Assembly (NCBI GenBank): GCA_044344255.1
Contig: JBIJDH010000002.1
Span: forward strand, 32,001-96,000
Source: Myxococcota bacterium
Lineage (GTDB): Bacteria; Myxococcota_A; UBA796; UBA2385
Direction of reading: 5' to 3'
DNA length: 64,000 bases
Shown: positions 40,624-50,447 of the stretch, piece after piece
Layout of the letters: every line of letters starts with the position of its first letter
Position numbering within the stretch: position 1 is the stretch's first letter
Notes under the pieces: generated by a model
Databases searched by the model: none
Told to the model about the DNA's origin: nothing
What the model saw: the letters and a program-made list of their open reading frames with translations, nothing else
Program-made: the position numbers and the translations under genes

Positions 40624-40757
40624 CGTCGGCTCCTTGCCCGAGGGGCGGGGGACGCACAGGGCCGGTGCTTATCGTGGGTGCGGTGGGAGGAGCGGGGGGA
40701 TCGGAGCCGAGGCCAGGCAGAGGCGGCGTGCTAAGCCTCGGAGACGGGGGTGGGTGC

Positions 40758-41768
40758 GTGGGGCGACCGAAGCTGGACGCGGCCGGACAAGCGGCCCTGG
40801 GCGCGCGGATCGAGGCGGGGCTGGGCGAGCAGGTGGGCCTCCCGGTCGAGGTCACGGCCCTGTCTCCGCTCGGCGGCGGGGCCTGCCAGGAGCTCTTCAG
40901 CGTCGATCTGCGCGTCGGAGGCGAGGCCCTCGCGCTGGTGCTGCGCTGTGACGCCCCCTCCTCGCTGCCGGGGAGCCTGCGCCGCGCCGCGGAGGTGGAG
41001 GTGGCGCGGGCCGCCTGGGAGGCGGGGGTGAAGACGGCCCGCCCCCGCTGGCTGCTCCGCGATCTGCTGCGGCCCGGGTCAGACGGCTGGTTCATGGATC
41101 GGCTGCCGGGCCTCGCCCTCGGCGGCAAGGTGGTGAGCGGGCGGGAGCTCGCGGGCGCGCGGGCGGGCCTGCCTTCGGCCCTCGCCGCGGAGCTGGCGCG
41201 GATCCACCGCCTCCGCCCCGGCGGGGCCCCGCCGCTGCCGCTGCCCCAGGCCGACCCGGTGGAGCAGCTCCGCGCCACCCTCGACGGCCTCGCCGCGCCT
41301 CGCTTGGCCCTGGAGCTCACGCTCCGCTGGCTGCGCGACCACCGGCCCGCGGGGGAGCCCGTCACGCTGGTGCACGGCGACTTCCGCGTCGGCAACCTCC
41401 TCGTGTCGCCGCGCGGGCTCGAGGCCGTGCTCGACTGGGAGTTCGCCCACTGGGGCACCCCCGCCGAGGATCTGGCCTGGCTCTGCGTGCGCGACTGGCG
41501 CTTCGGGCGGGTCGAGCTCGCCGCGGGGGGCCTCTGCAGCCGCGAGGCCCTGCTCGAGACCTACGCTGCCGCCGGTGGGGAGCCCCCGGGCGCGGCGGCG
41601 CTGCGCTGGTGGGAGGTGATGGGGAACGCCCGCTGGGCCGCCGGCTCGCGGGCCCAGGGGGAGCGATACCTCGCCGGAGATGAAGACGACATCGAGCTCC
41701 TCGCCATCGCCCGCCGGGCCGCCGAGATGGAGTTCGAGGCCCTGCGCCTGATCGAGGAGGCCGGATGA
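40758..41768 (+). CDS. APH/choline kinase-like phosphotransferase family protein
   Basis: LGGGA.QE, HGDFRVGN, LDWE, EDLAW; start uncertain. Confidence 0.88.
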   Translation: MGRPKLDAAGQAALGARIEAGLGEQVGLPVEVTALSPLGGGACQELFSVDLRVGGEALALVLRCDAPSSLPGSLRRAAEVEVARAAWEAGVKTARPRWLLRDLLRPGSDGWFMDRLPGLALGGKVVSGRELAGARAGLPSALAAELARIHRLRPGGAPPLPLPQADPVEQLRATLDGLAAPRLALELTLRWLRDHRPAGEPVTLVHGDFRVGNLLVSPRGLEAVLDWEFAHWGTPAEDLAWLCVRDWRFGRVELAAGGLCSREALLETYAAAGGEPPGAAALRWWEVMGNARWAAGSRAQGERYLAGDEDDIELLAIARRAAEMEFEALRLIEEAG

Positions 41769-42145
41769 TCGAGCGACCCTCTGCCGAAGACACCCTCCAG
41801 GGCCTCGCGCGCTTCCTGCTCGAAGAGCTGCGCCCGGTCGTCACCGACAAGGTGCTGGCCTACAAGGTGCTCGTGGCCGCCCACATCGCCAGCGGCCTCT
41901 CGCGGGAGGCGGCGCTGGGCGCGGCCTTCGCCGAGCACGAGCGCGAGCGGCTCGGGGCGCTGCTCCCCGCCGCCCCCGCCGACGCCGGCCGCGCGGCCCT
42001 CCTGGCCGAGCTCATCGCCGAGGTGCGGGCTCCCGAGACGCCCGGCCCTCGGCTCGCCGCCATCCGCCGCGCCACGCTGGCCTCGCTGCGCGAAGAGCTC
42101 GTCGCGGTCAACCCCTTCTTCGACACCGGCTTGTCGCCCACCTGA
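41765..42145 (+). CDS. Small helical partner of the phosphotransferase (DUF6285-like)
   Basis: ATGA overlap; M.ERP.AED.L..LARFL and L.AVNP motifs. Confidence 0.65.
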   Translation: MIERPSAEDTLQGLARFLLEELRPVVTDKVLAYKVLVAAHIASGLSREAALGAAFAEHERERLGALLPAAPADAGRAALLAELIAEVRAPETPGPRLAAIRRATLASLREELVAVNPFFDTGLSPT

Positions 42146-42252
42146 GGGGCATCCGGCCCGGGCCTGCAATTTGCAGGAGCGGCGTGAGGTGTCTATAGGG
42201 GCCGTCCAACCCGCTCATTGGTTGGATCGATCGCCCATACACCGAAGTCCTG

Positions 42253-42912
42253 ATGCGTCCGCTGCTGCTCTCCCTGCTCCTCGCCGCGCTCTCTGCCCCA
42301 GCCTTCGCCAAGAAGGACAAGGGCGACGACGACGAGGGCAAGATCCGCCTCCGCGGCGACACCAACATCGTCTCGATGGACACCTTCTCGATCGTGCCGG
42401 AAGATCCGGACGCCGCCGGCTTTGACGAGGCGGGCTTCAAGTCCACGGGCATCTCGCTCGGCGGCGCCGAGGCGCGCCTCCACATCTCCTACCTCGTGAC
42501 CCCCCAGATCGAGGTGGGCGTGGGCCTCGCGCTCGGCAGCACGACCCTCAAGTCTTTCGTCGACAAGGAAGATCCGGAGCCCCTCGGCAAGACCACGAAC
42601 ATCGGCCTGCTGTTCGAGCCCGCCTACAACCTCAAGCTCACGGAGGGCCTCCAGCTCTTCGTGCAGCCCGAGGTGGGGATCGCCAACACCAAGACCACCC
42701 CCGAGGACGGTGATCCCACCGGCTCGAAGTACATGCTCTACGGGGCCGAGGTGGGAGTGCACAAGCGGCTCGTCAAGCACGCCACGATGGACCTCGGCCT
42801 CGAGTACCTCGCAGGCAGCGGCCATGACAGCGTGGACGGCAAAGAGGACGACACCTATACGAACAAGCTCTCCCACATCGGCATCCGGGCGGGCTTCGGC
42901 ATCCGCATCTGA
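42253..42912 (+). CDS. Outer-membrane beta-barrel protein
   Basis: Signal peptide ..APAFA, alternating beta-strands, C-terminal GIRAGFGIRI. Confidence 0.75.
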   Translation: MRPLLLSLLLAALSAPAFAKKDKGDDDEGKIRLRGDTNIVSMDTFSIVPEDPDAAGFDEAGFKSTGISLGGAEARLHISYLVTPQIEVGVGLALGSTTLKSFVDKEDPEPLGKTTNIGLLFEPAYNLKLTEGLQLFVQPEVGIANTKTTPEDGDPTGSKYMLYGAEVGVHKRLVKHATMDLGLEYLAGSGHDSVDGKEDDTYTNKLSHIGIRAGFGIRI

Positions 42913-43033
42913 GAGGCTCCACGGCCGCGGCCCTGCACCATCCCTGCACAGAGGCTGTGGGGATGCGGCACAGGGCCGCGGCGGGAGCGCCCAGGGGCCA
43001 CCTTAGGTTGGGGATGAACCCAAGGTGGAACCC

Positions 43034-44317
43034 ATGCACCCCCTCCTCCGACTCGTCGGCCTCGTCGCCGTGTTCTTGTTCACGACCGTCTGTTGGTTCG
43101 CCCTCGCCGGGGTGACCAGCTCCCGAACCCAGGAGCAGCAATACGCCCTCGACGGGCGCGTGGCCGACCTCTGGGGCAGCCCGCAGGCCCAGCTCGCCCC
43201 CGCCTTTATCGAGGAGTGGGTGGTGGAGCGGCAGGAGGCCTCCGAGGTCACCGATCCGGTGACCGGCCGCACGATGAAGACCAGCAAGACCGTGCGCGAG
43301 CTCCAGTCCCGCCCGGTCGACCCGAACCGCAGCCGAATCGCCGTCGACCTCAAGCTCGATCAGCGCCGGAAGGGGCTCCTGTGGTACCCCCTCTATGACG
43401 TGGGCTTCTCGGGGGACTGGACCTATCGCCACGAGGGCCGGGACGACCACCTTCGCATCGTCTTCCCCTTCGCCGACAGCCAGGGTGTCTACGACGACTT
43501 CGCCTTCGTGGTGGACGGGGTGGACCGGGCCCGCGAGCTCCACCCGGAGGGGGGAAAGGTCTATACGGTGGTGCCGGTGACGGCCGGCCAGGTGGTGAGC
43601 CTGCACATCGGCTACACCTCCCGCGGCAAGGGGGGGTGGAGCTACCGACCCACCGAGGGCGTGGGCCAGATCGAGGACTTCTCGCTGGTGATGAACACCG
43701 ACTTCGACTCGATTGACTATCCGAACCTCACCCTCTCCCCCTCCTCTCGCACCGCCACCGAGGCGGGCTGGCGCCTCGAGTGGACCTTCTCTCGCCTCGT
43801 CAGCGCTTATGGCATCGGGATGGTGATGCCGGAGCGGGTGCAGCCGGGCGAGCTGTCGAGCAGCATCAGCCTGTCGGCGCCCCTGTCGCTGGGGCTGTAT
43901 TTCCTGTGGATCTATGTCCTCGGCATCCTGAAGGGCAAGAGCATCCACCCGATCAACTATCTGTTCATCGCCGCGGCCTTCTTCTCTTTTGACCTCCTCT
44001 TCGCCTATACGGCTGACCGGCTGCCCGTCGAGCAGGCCTTCGCCCTGGCGAGCGTCGTCAGCATCGGCCTCGTCGCCTCCTACCTGCGCCTCGTCGTCGG
44101 GTCGCGCTTCGCCCTCTTCGAGGCGGGCCTCGCCCAGCTCCTCTATCAGGTGGGCTTCTCGCTCGCGCACTTCTGGGAGGGCACCACCGGCCTCACCATC
44201 ACCGTGCTCGGCACCGTCACCCTCTTCGCGCTGATGCAGCTCACCGGCCGCATCAAGTGGAGCGAGGTGCTCAGCCGACAGGCCCCGGCCGCGCCGCTGC
44301 CGAGCCCGGCCCGCTGA
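43034..44317 (+). CDS. CreD-like inner membrane protein
   Basis: N-terminal TM, WG.PQ.Q, RRKG..Y, IHPINY and C-terminal TM bundle. Confidence 0.75.
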   Translation: MHPLLRLVGLVAVFLFTTVCWFALAGVTSSRTQEQQYALDGRVADLWGSPQAQLAPAFIEEWVVERQEASEVTDPVTGRTMKTSKTVRELQSRPVDPNRSRIAVDLKLDQRRKGLLWYPLYDVGFSGDWTYRHEGRDDHLRIVFPFADSQGVYDDFAFVVDGVDRARELHPEGGKVYTVVPVTAGQVVSLHIGYTSRGKGGWSYRPTEGVGQIEDFSLVMNTDFDSIDYPNLTLSPSSRTATEAGWRLEWTFSRLVSAYGIGMVMPERVQPGELSSSISLSAPLSLGLYFLWIYVLGILKGKSIHPINYLFIAAAFFSFDLLFAYTADRLPVEQAFALASVVSIGLVASYLRLVVGSRFALFEAGLAQLLYQVGFSLAHFWEGTTGLTITVLGTVTLFALMQLTGRIKWSEVLSRQAPAAPLPSPAR

Positions 44318-44363
44318 GCCGGAGACGGTGAGCCGGCAACGGTGAGCCGGCGGCGGTGAAGGG

Positions 44364-45167
44364 TCACAGATAGGCGCGCACGAAGCCGTAGAGCGGTCGC
44401 AGGGCGGGCAGATAGACCGTCTCCGAGGTATAGAGCAGATAGAGCAGCCGGGCTGACGCCAGCGAGAGCGTCAGCCCGGCTGCCGCCGTCAGGGCCAGGA
44501 GCTCGCCGGGGCGGGCATCCAGGGGCCTGCGGAGGCGCCGGGGCGCGGCGGGGTCAAAGCCGCGGGCGTCGAGGGTCTCGGCGAGGGTGCGGGCGCGGCG
44601 TAAGGAGCGGGCGACCACCGGGCGGAGGAGGGAGAGCTCGAGCGCCAGCCAGGCGAGCGGGCGGCGGGCCCAGACCGGCCGGCCACGCGAGGCGCGAGAG
44701 GCCCGCACCGCGGCGAGCTCGGCCCAGAGGGTGGGGACGAAGCGGAGGGCCGTCACGGCGAGGAAGGCGAGGCCGCTCGGGAAGCGCAGCGCCACGAACG
44801 CGGCGAAGAGGCGGTCGGGGGGCGTGGACAGGGACAGAGAGACTCCGGACAGGCTGAGGGCGAGGAAGCGCAGCGACTGGACGAGCCCGTCCCGGACACC
44901 CTCCCGCCAGAGGGTGAGGGGGCCCCAGTGGATGAGCTCCACCCGCGGCTGCTCGGCGTAGAAGAGGCCCTGGGTGAGGACGGTGCTCCAGACGAGGGCC
45001 AGGACGCCGAGGGTACCGCGCCGCAGGGCCGCGGCCGAGGGGCGCATCGCGAGCAGCGGCAGGGCCGAGACGAGGGCGAGCAGGCCGAGGGAGGTGGCGT
45101 GGTCGAGCGTCACGGCGAGGAGCCCGACACAGGCGAGCAGGCCGAGGCGGAGGCGGGGATCGGTCAT
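44364..45167 (-). CDS. ECF transporter T component
   Basis: DPR.RL N-terminus, ALRFVP, ASRG and AETLDARGF coupling motifs. Confidence 0.9.
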   Translation of the reverse strand: MTDPRLRLGLLACVGLLAVTLDHATSLGLLALVSALPLLAMRPSAAALRRGTLGVLALVWSTVLTQGLFYAEQPRVELIHWGPLTLWREGVRDGLVQSLRFLALSLSGVSLSLSTPPDRLFAAFVALRFPSGLAFLAVTALRFVPTLWAELAAVRASRASRGRPVWARRPLAWLALELSLLRPVVARSLRRARTLAETLDARGFDPAAPRRLRRPLDARPGELLALTAAAGLTLSLASARLLYLLYTSETVYLPALRPLYGFVRAYL

Positions 45168-46771
45168 GGCGACCCCAGCGTGCGCCCGAGCTCGGCGGCG
45201 GTGCGGTGGGGGAGGCCACGGGCGGCGCACCACCGGAGGAAGGGGGGCAAGAGCAGGCTCGGATCGGCCTCGATCGCGGGGAGGAGCTCGGCCGGCGGCC
45301 CATCGGCGACGAGGTGACCCCCGCGGAGCAGCAGGATCCGGGTGGCGTGGCGGGCGGCCAGATCGACGTCGTGGGTGGCGAAGAGCAGGGTAGCGCCGCG
45401 GAGAGACTGGGTGAGGGCCTCCATCATCGCCTCGACCTGGTCGCGATCCTGGCCGGCGGTGGGCTCGTCGAGCAGGAGGAGGGCGGGGCGGCTCGCGAGG
45501 GCCGCGGCCACCGCCACCCGCAGGCGCTGGCCCCGAGAGAGGGCCTGGGGCGCCATCTCCCAGAGGTCCTCCACCGACAGGGCGCGGGCGGCGCGGCGGG
45601 CGGGGAGCGCAGGGTCACCCGGGAGGAGCTCGCGGGGGCCGTACTGGAGCTCCTCGCCCACGGTGGCGGAGAAGAGGGCCAGGTCGGGATCTTGGGGGAT
45701 GAGGATGACCCGCCCGCAGGGCGTGCGCAGGGCGGAGAGGCGCGCGAAGAGGGTCGACTTGCCGGCCCCGTTGCCCCCCAGCACGGCGACCCGCTCACCG
45801 GCGAAGAGCCGCAGCGGCGGGAGATCGAGGGCCAGCGTGCGATCCCCGCCAGCGGCCCAAGCATGGCGCAGCGCCGGGGTGTGGAGGAGGGGCTCGGCGC
45901 CCGGCCCCGGCCCCGGCCCCGGCTCCGAGGGGCCCGGGAGCAGCGAGGCCGGGAGCAGCGAGGTGGGGACAGGCGTCTCGGGCCACCGGGCCTCGATCGC
46001 CGCGGCGCCGAAGCGGTGCTGGAGCTCCAAGAGCGGGGGCACCGACAGGCCGAGCGAGAGGAGGCGGCCGGGGTCGAGCTCGGCGGCCGCCCAGTCGTCA
46101 GTCAGTCGACCGCCCTCCATCACGAGCAGGCGGTCGAGCAGCGGGAGGCAGGGCTCGAGGCGGTGCTCGACGAGGAGCACGCTGTGGCCTTGGTCGGCGA
46201 GGAGCCGGAGGAGCTCGAGCAGGGACTGGGCGCCCACGGGATCGAGGTGGGCGAGGGGCTCGTCGAGGAGCAGGAGCCGCGCGCCCGCCGACAGGGCGGC
46301 GCCGACCACGAGGCGCTGGCGCTGCCCCCCCGAGAGGGCCACCGTGGCGCGGTCGGGCTCGGCGGGGAGCCCGACGGCCCGCAGCAGGCGGTCAATGGTG
46401 GTGTCGAGCGTGCCCGGATCGAGGCCCGCCGACTCGGCGGCGAAGGCGATCTCGTCGCCCAGGGTGCCGGTCACCACCTGATCGACTGGATTTTGAGAGA
46501 CGAAGCCGATCCGCGCCACCCGCTCTGCGGGAGAGAGCGCGGCGGGATCGGCCCCGCCGACCGACACCGCCCCGGAGAGGGCGCCGGAGCCGTGGCGGGC
46601 GAGCAGGCCGGCCGCGAGGCGGAGGAGGGTCGACTTCCCGCAGCCGGTGGGCCCGGTGAGCAGGGTCAGCGTGCCCGGTTCGAGCGAGAGGCTCAGCCCC
46701 TCGAGCGCGGGCCGATCGGCGGCGGGGTACCGATAGCCGGCTTGGCGCAGCTCCAGCGCGGGCTCGCGCAT
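45164..46771 (-). CDS. ECF transporter duplicated ATPase (A-A' fusion)
   Basis: GPTGCGKST/QNP.DQ/LSGGQ/DEP/EH and GGNGAGKST/QDP/LSRGQ/DEPT/TH. Confidence 0.92.
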   Translation of the reverse strand: MREPALELRQAGYRYPAADRPALEGLSLSLEPGTLTLLTGPTGCGKSTLLRLAAGLLARHGSGALSGAVSVGGADPAALSPAERVARIGFVSQNPVDQVVTGTLGDEIAFAAESAGLDPGTLDTTIDRLLRAVGLPAEPDRATVALSGGQRQRLVVGAALSAGARLLLLDEPLAHLDPVGAQSLLELLRLLADQGHSVLLVEHRLEPCLPLLDRLLVMEGGRLTDDWAAAELDPGRLLSLGLSVPPLLELQHRFGAAAIEARWPETPVPTSLLPASLLPGPSEPGPGPGPGAEPLLHTPALRHAWAAGGDRTLALDLPPLRLFAGERVAVLGGNGAGKSTLFARLSALRTPCGRVILIPQDPDLALFSATVGEELQYGPRELLPGDPALPARRAARALSVEDLWEMAPQALSRGQRLRVAVAAALASRPALLLLDEPTAGQDRDQVEAMMEALTQSLRGATLLFATHDVDLAARHATRILLLRGGHLVADGPPAELLPAIEADPSLLLPPFLRWCAARGLPHRTAAELGRTLGSP

Positions 46772-48531
46772 CAGCTCTCCACCCGACGCAGCGAGTCGGC
46801 GAAGCGCAGCGCCACCCCGCTCGCGGCCAGCACATAGAGGAAGCCCGGAAAGAGGACGATCATCACCACGTACCAGTCGGCGTAGCTCAGGCGATAGAGC
46901 GCCGACTGGAGGGTGAGCCCCGTCGCCGTCCCGACCGCCGAGGCCAGCCCCAAGCCGAGGCCGAGGCGGAGCCAACGGCCGGCCGGCGAGCCCGAGGCGC
47001 CGAGGCCGCGGCTGAGCCCGGTGAGGGCGGCGAAGAGCTCCAGATAGAAGACCCGCGCCGTGACGAAGAGGAGGTCAAAGGGACTGAAGCCGCCGAGCGC
47101 GAAGCCGCGCAGGAGGTAGCCGAGCACGGCGGCGAGGCCGAGGGTGCCGGGGCGGGGCAGGAGGGTGATGAGGGTGCCGAGCAGCACGGTGGAGACGGCG
47201 TCGTCGAGGATCCCGGTGAGCAGCGACGAGAAGGGCCCGAGGATCGCGCCCACCCCGGCGCCGACGAGCTGGGAGACGGAGCCGGCGACGAAGAGCAGCG
47301 CCGCGAAGAGCGCGATGGTGACGAGATCGGCGCTCCGTTGACCGATCCAGCGCGGCCCGCGGAGGCCAAGCAAGAGGCCGCCACCCAAGGAGGCCAGCAG
47401 GGCCAGGCTGAGGCCGACGGCCTGTCGGGTGTCACCCCGCGAGGCGTAGAGGGGGCGCTGGTGGACCGCCAACGGGTGCGAGAGGGGAGCGGAGCTGCCG
47501 AGGGGAGCGGCGCTGAGCTCGAGGGTCCAGGTGCGCGCGGCGTCGAGGGCGGCCTCGTCGACGAAGACGGGTAAGGCGGCCCGGGCCTCACCCTGGGCGG
47601 GCACCCGCAGCAGGACGCTCACGAGGCCGGTGCCGTCGTCGGCGCTGCGCATCCGCGGGCGAAAGACGGGGTCGGGCTGCCCGTCGGGCCCCAGCACCCG
47701 CGCGCGGACCACGAGGTTGATCGGGCTGTCGCTGCGGTTCTCGATCGTGACCCCCGCGTTGGACCAGGGCGCCTCGGAGTTTCGAGGCCGGGTGCCGAGG
47801 GGGCTGTGATCGAGCACGGCCTGCCAGAGCGGCGAGGGGAGGGTGATGCGCCCGCTCGGCCGGGCGATGTCGGGCTCGCCGGTGGGCCCCGCCGGGAAGT
47901 CGACCCGCACGATGCGGAGCCCTGCGGCGACGGCCTCGGTTGAGAGGCGCACGGGCTCCACGCGCAGCGACAGGCGCTGACCGGCGGCCTCGACCGTGAT
48001 CGGGGTGGGCTCGCCGGCGGGCGCCTGGGCGACGAGGCGCTCGCCGGGGCGGAGCACCCCCTCCACCGCGGGGCCGCCGCCGGCGAGGATGCGCACGGGG
48101 CCTGGATCCCGCGCGGTCACGGAGACGGAGAGGCTGGCGGTGGCGCCCTCGACGAGCGGGAAGCGGAGGGTCTCTCCGTCCTGGACGCGCACCCGGCCTT
48201 GCCCGATCGGCGCCTCTACCTCGACGGACAGGGTGGGGGCGCCCAGCGGCACGGAGAAGGGCGTGTCAGAGGAGAGGCCGTCGCCGTCGATCACGCGCAG
48301 CACATAGTCCGCTCCGGCCTCCCAGCGGAAGCTGATCTCCGCCTCCTGGACCGCGGCGGGGAACCGGCGGGTCGCGAGGACGGCCCCGGTCGTGTCCTTC
48401 AGCTCCGCCCGAGACAGGCCGCTCGGCGCGCGCGCCAAGGCCCCCGTCGGCCGCAGCTCCACCGTGACCGGCGCCCGCTCGGCGGCGCAGGCGGCGAGCA
48501 GGGCGAAGAGGGCGAGCGGGGCGCGCCTCAC
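46771..48531 (-). CDS. Lipoprotein soluble domain fused to an ECF S-component-like membrane domain
   Basis: Lipobox LLAAC, about 350 aa soluble beta-rich region, one TM, then DLVTIALFAAL (AxxxA helix 1) and PRPG motifs in a ~190-aa hydrophobic domain. Confidence 0.75.
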   Translation of the reverse strand: MRRAPLALFALLAACAAERAPVTVELRPTGALARAPSGLSRAELKDTTGAVLATRRFPAAVQEAEISFRWEAGADYVLRVIDGDGLSSDTPFSVPLGAPTLSVEVEAPIGQGRVRVQDGETLRFPLVEGATASLSVSVTARDPGPVRILAGGGPAVEGVLRPGERLVAQAPAGEPTPITVEAAGQRLSLRVEPVRLSTEAVAAGLRIVRVDFPAGPTGEPDIARPSGRITLPSPLWQAVLDHSPLGTRPRNSEAPWSNAGVTIENRSDSPINLVVRARVLGPDGQPDPVFRPRMRSADDGTGLVSVLLRVPAQGEARAALPVFVDEAALDAARTWTLELSAAPLGSSAPLSHPLAVHQRPLYASRGDTRQAVGLSLALLASLGGGLLLGLRGPRWIGQRSADLVTIALFAALLFVAGSVSQLVGAGVGAILGPFSSLLTGILDDAVSTVLLGTLITLLPRPGTLGLAAVLGYLLRGFALGGFSPFDLLFVTARVFYLELFAALTGLSRGLGASGSPAGRWLRLGLGLGLASAVGTATGLTLQSALYRLSYADWYVVMIVLFPGFLYVLAASGVALRFADSLRRVES

Positions 48532-50111
48532 CGCATCACGGTGACCCGATAGGCGCCGACGCTGCCCGCCTCGGTTCGATAGGGAAATTCAGCCAGGGCC
48601 AGTCGGCCGTCGGCGCTCAGCGCCTGTCGGAAGAAGACCGGCCCCTCGGTGGAGCAGGTGGTGAGGCGCCGAGCCTCGCCGCCGCGGCCGTCGCCGGGGC
48701 TCGACAGGTCGAAGATCAGCGCCCCGTAGAGGTCGCGCCGGGTGTCGGCGTCCCGCGCCCCCGCGCCCACCGCGAGGCTCTGGCCGTCGGCCCCGAGGCT
48801 CAGCCCCTCCACCCGCTGCTCCCCGTGCCAGCTCCAGCGCTGGGCCCCGTCGAGGCCATAGACCCAGAGGCCGTCTTCGTTCGGGTGGGCCGCGGGGGGC
48901 CGGGTGTCGGGCGCGGCCGCACCATAGGGGATGTTGGTGCCGGAGGTGAGGAAGACGGCCTCGTCTCCGTGCAGGAGCCCGTGGCCGATCGAGGCGGCGA
49001 TCGGGACCTGGCCGGCCATCACGGGGGTGCCCGCGTCGACGGAGGCCAGGGCCGCCCCTGAGCCGAGGCGCTGCAGGCGGAGGCGGCCGTCGCCGAAGCC
49101 CATCAGGACGGCGTCATTGGCCGCGGACACGTCGAGGGCCTCCCACAGGAAGGCGCTCTTCCACCAGGGCGCGAGGGGCTCGATCTGGTGCGCAGAGACG
49201 GGGGAGAGGTCGTCGAGGCGGAGCACCTGGGCGCCATTAACCGGCAGGTCGACCGGCGCCGGGCCGTCGGCGGATCGGCCGACGGCGACGATGACCAGCC
49301 CGCCCGCCTCGTCGACCCGGGGGTGCCAGAGGGTAGCGTCGGCGGCCTCGGCCGGCCAGCGCGCCTTGAGCTGCCCTCGGTCGTCCAGGCGGAGCAGCAC
49401 GGCCTTGTTCTTTCGGACGCCAGCGCTGTCGTTCCACCCGTGTGTGCCGGCGAGGATGAGGTCGCCCCCGGAGAGGACCGAGATGCCATAGGCCGAGGGG
49501 AGGGTATAGACCCCGTAGATGTCCTCTCCGGGCGGGGCCGGTGAGCTGTCGATGAGGTCCGCGAGGCGATAGGACCAGCGCGGCTCGAGGTCGCGGGGGT
49601 CGAGGGCGTGGACGAAGGCGTCCGGGGACTGCTCGCCGGCGTAGAGCGTGTCACCGTCGGGGGCCCAGGCCACGGTCTTCACCATGGTCTCGGCGAGGTG
49701 GCGGCGGGCCTTCACCGCGCCGGTCCAGCCGTCGAGCACGAGCAGGTCGCCGTTGTAGCTGCCCACGGCGAGGCGGTCGCCGGTGGGGGACCAGGCGAGG
49801 GCGGTGTCGGGGGCGTCGCCGCCCATGGCGAGCAGCCGAGAGACGTCGCCGAGCTCCACGCGGAAGAGCGTGAGGCAGTCCGCCTTCTCGGGTGCGGTCA
49901 GGCGGCGCCCCGCGACCTCGATCGCGTGCAGGGGCGACCAAGGGGCGGCGACGAGCGTACCCTGGCCCCCGGGGAGGGGCTGCCCGTCGGCCTCGCCGGG
50001 GAGCACGACCCCGCCGCGGAGGAAGACCACCTCGCCCGTCGGGGCCGGGGCCCCGCCGCAGGCGAGGATCAGAGCGGGCCCTGCCAGTCGAGCTCGGTGT
50101 AGGCGGTACAT
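48528..50111 (-). CDS. WD40-like beta-propeller lipoprotein
   Basis: LILAC, LAWSPTGDRLAVGS, VAWAPDGDTLYAG repeats; start uncertain. Confidence 0.75.
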   Translation of the reverse strand: MYRLHRARLAGPALILACGGAPAPTGEVVFLRGGVVLPGEADGQPLPGGQGTLVAAPWSPLHAIEVAGRRLTAPEKADCLTLFRVELGDVSRLLAMGGDAPDTALAWSPTGDRLAVGSYNGDLLVLDGWTGAVKARRHLAETMVKTVAWAPDGDTLYAGEQSPDAFVHALDPRDLEPRWSYRLADLIDSSPAPPGEDIYGVYTLPSAYGISVLSGGDLILAGTHGWNDSAGVRKNKAVLLRLDDRGQLKARWPAEAADATLWHPRVDEAGGLVIVAVGRSADGPAPVDLPVNGAQVLRLDDLSPVSAHQIEPLAPWWKSAFLWEALDVSAANDAVLMGFGDGRLRLQRLGSGAALASVDAGTPVMAGQVPIAASIGHGLLHGDEAVFLTSGTNIPYGAAAPDTRPPAAHPNEDGLWVYGLDGAQRWSWHGEQRVEGLSLGADGQSLAVGAGARDADTRRDLYGALIFDLSSPGDGRGGEARRLTTCSTEGPVFFRQALSADGRLALAEFPYRTEAGSVGAYRVTVMR

Positions 50112-50428
50112 TCGGCGTCCTCGGCTCGAAAGGCGGTCTCTCTCTCTTCACAGGCGGCGTCGGTCCGGCCCTCCGCCTCGGCGCGGCCCCGGTCTATCGC
50201 GTCCTCCTCGAGCAGGCGCTGCTCCCAGGCCCAGGTCTCACAAGCCTCGGTGAACGCGTCCACGTCGGCGTAGCCGGCCGCCGCCCAGTCCACCCCCCAG
50301 TCGGTGAGGCACCCACCATACAGCTCCGCCGCCGCCGCGCACATCTCGGTGCAGGGATCAGGCGGGCCGGCGCAGGACAGCAACACTGATAGGGAAAGGG
50401 ACAGGACGGGCGAAAGGTGCGCGCGCAT
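50069..50428 (-). CDS. Small Cys-rich lipoprotein
   Basis: VLLSC lipobox plus six further Cys; acidic. Confidence 0.65.
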   Translation of the reverse strand: MRAHLSPVLSLSLSVLLSCAGPPDPCTEMCAAAAELYGGCLTDWGVDWAAAGYADVDAFTEACETWAWEQRLLEEDAIDRGRAEAEGRTDAACEERETAFRAEDAECTAYTELDWQGPL

Positions 50429-50447
50429 CGAGGGGCTCGCGGTGCGC

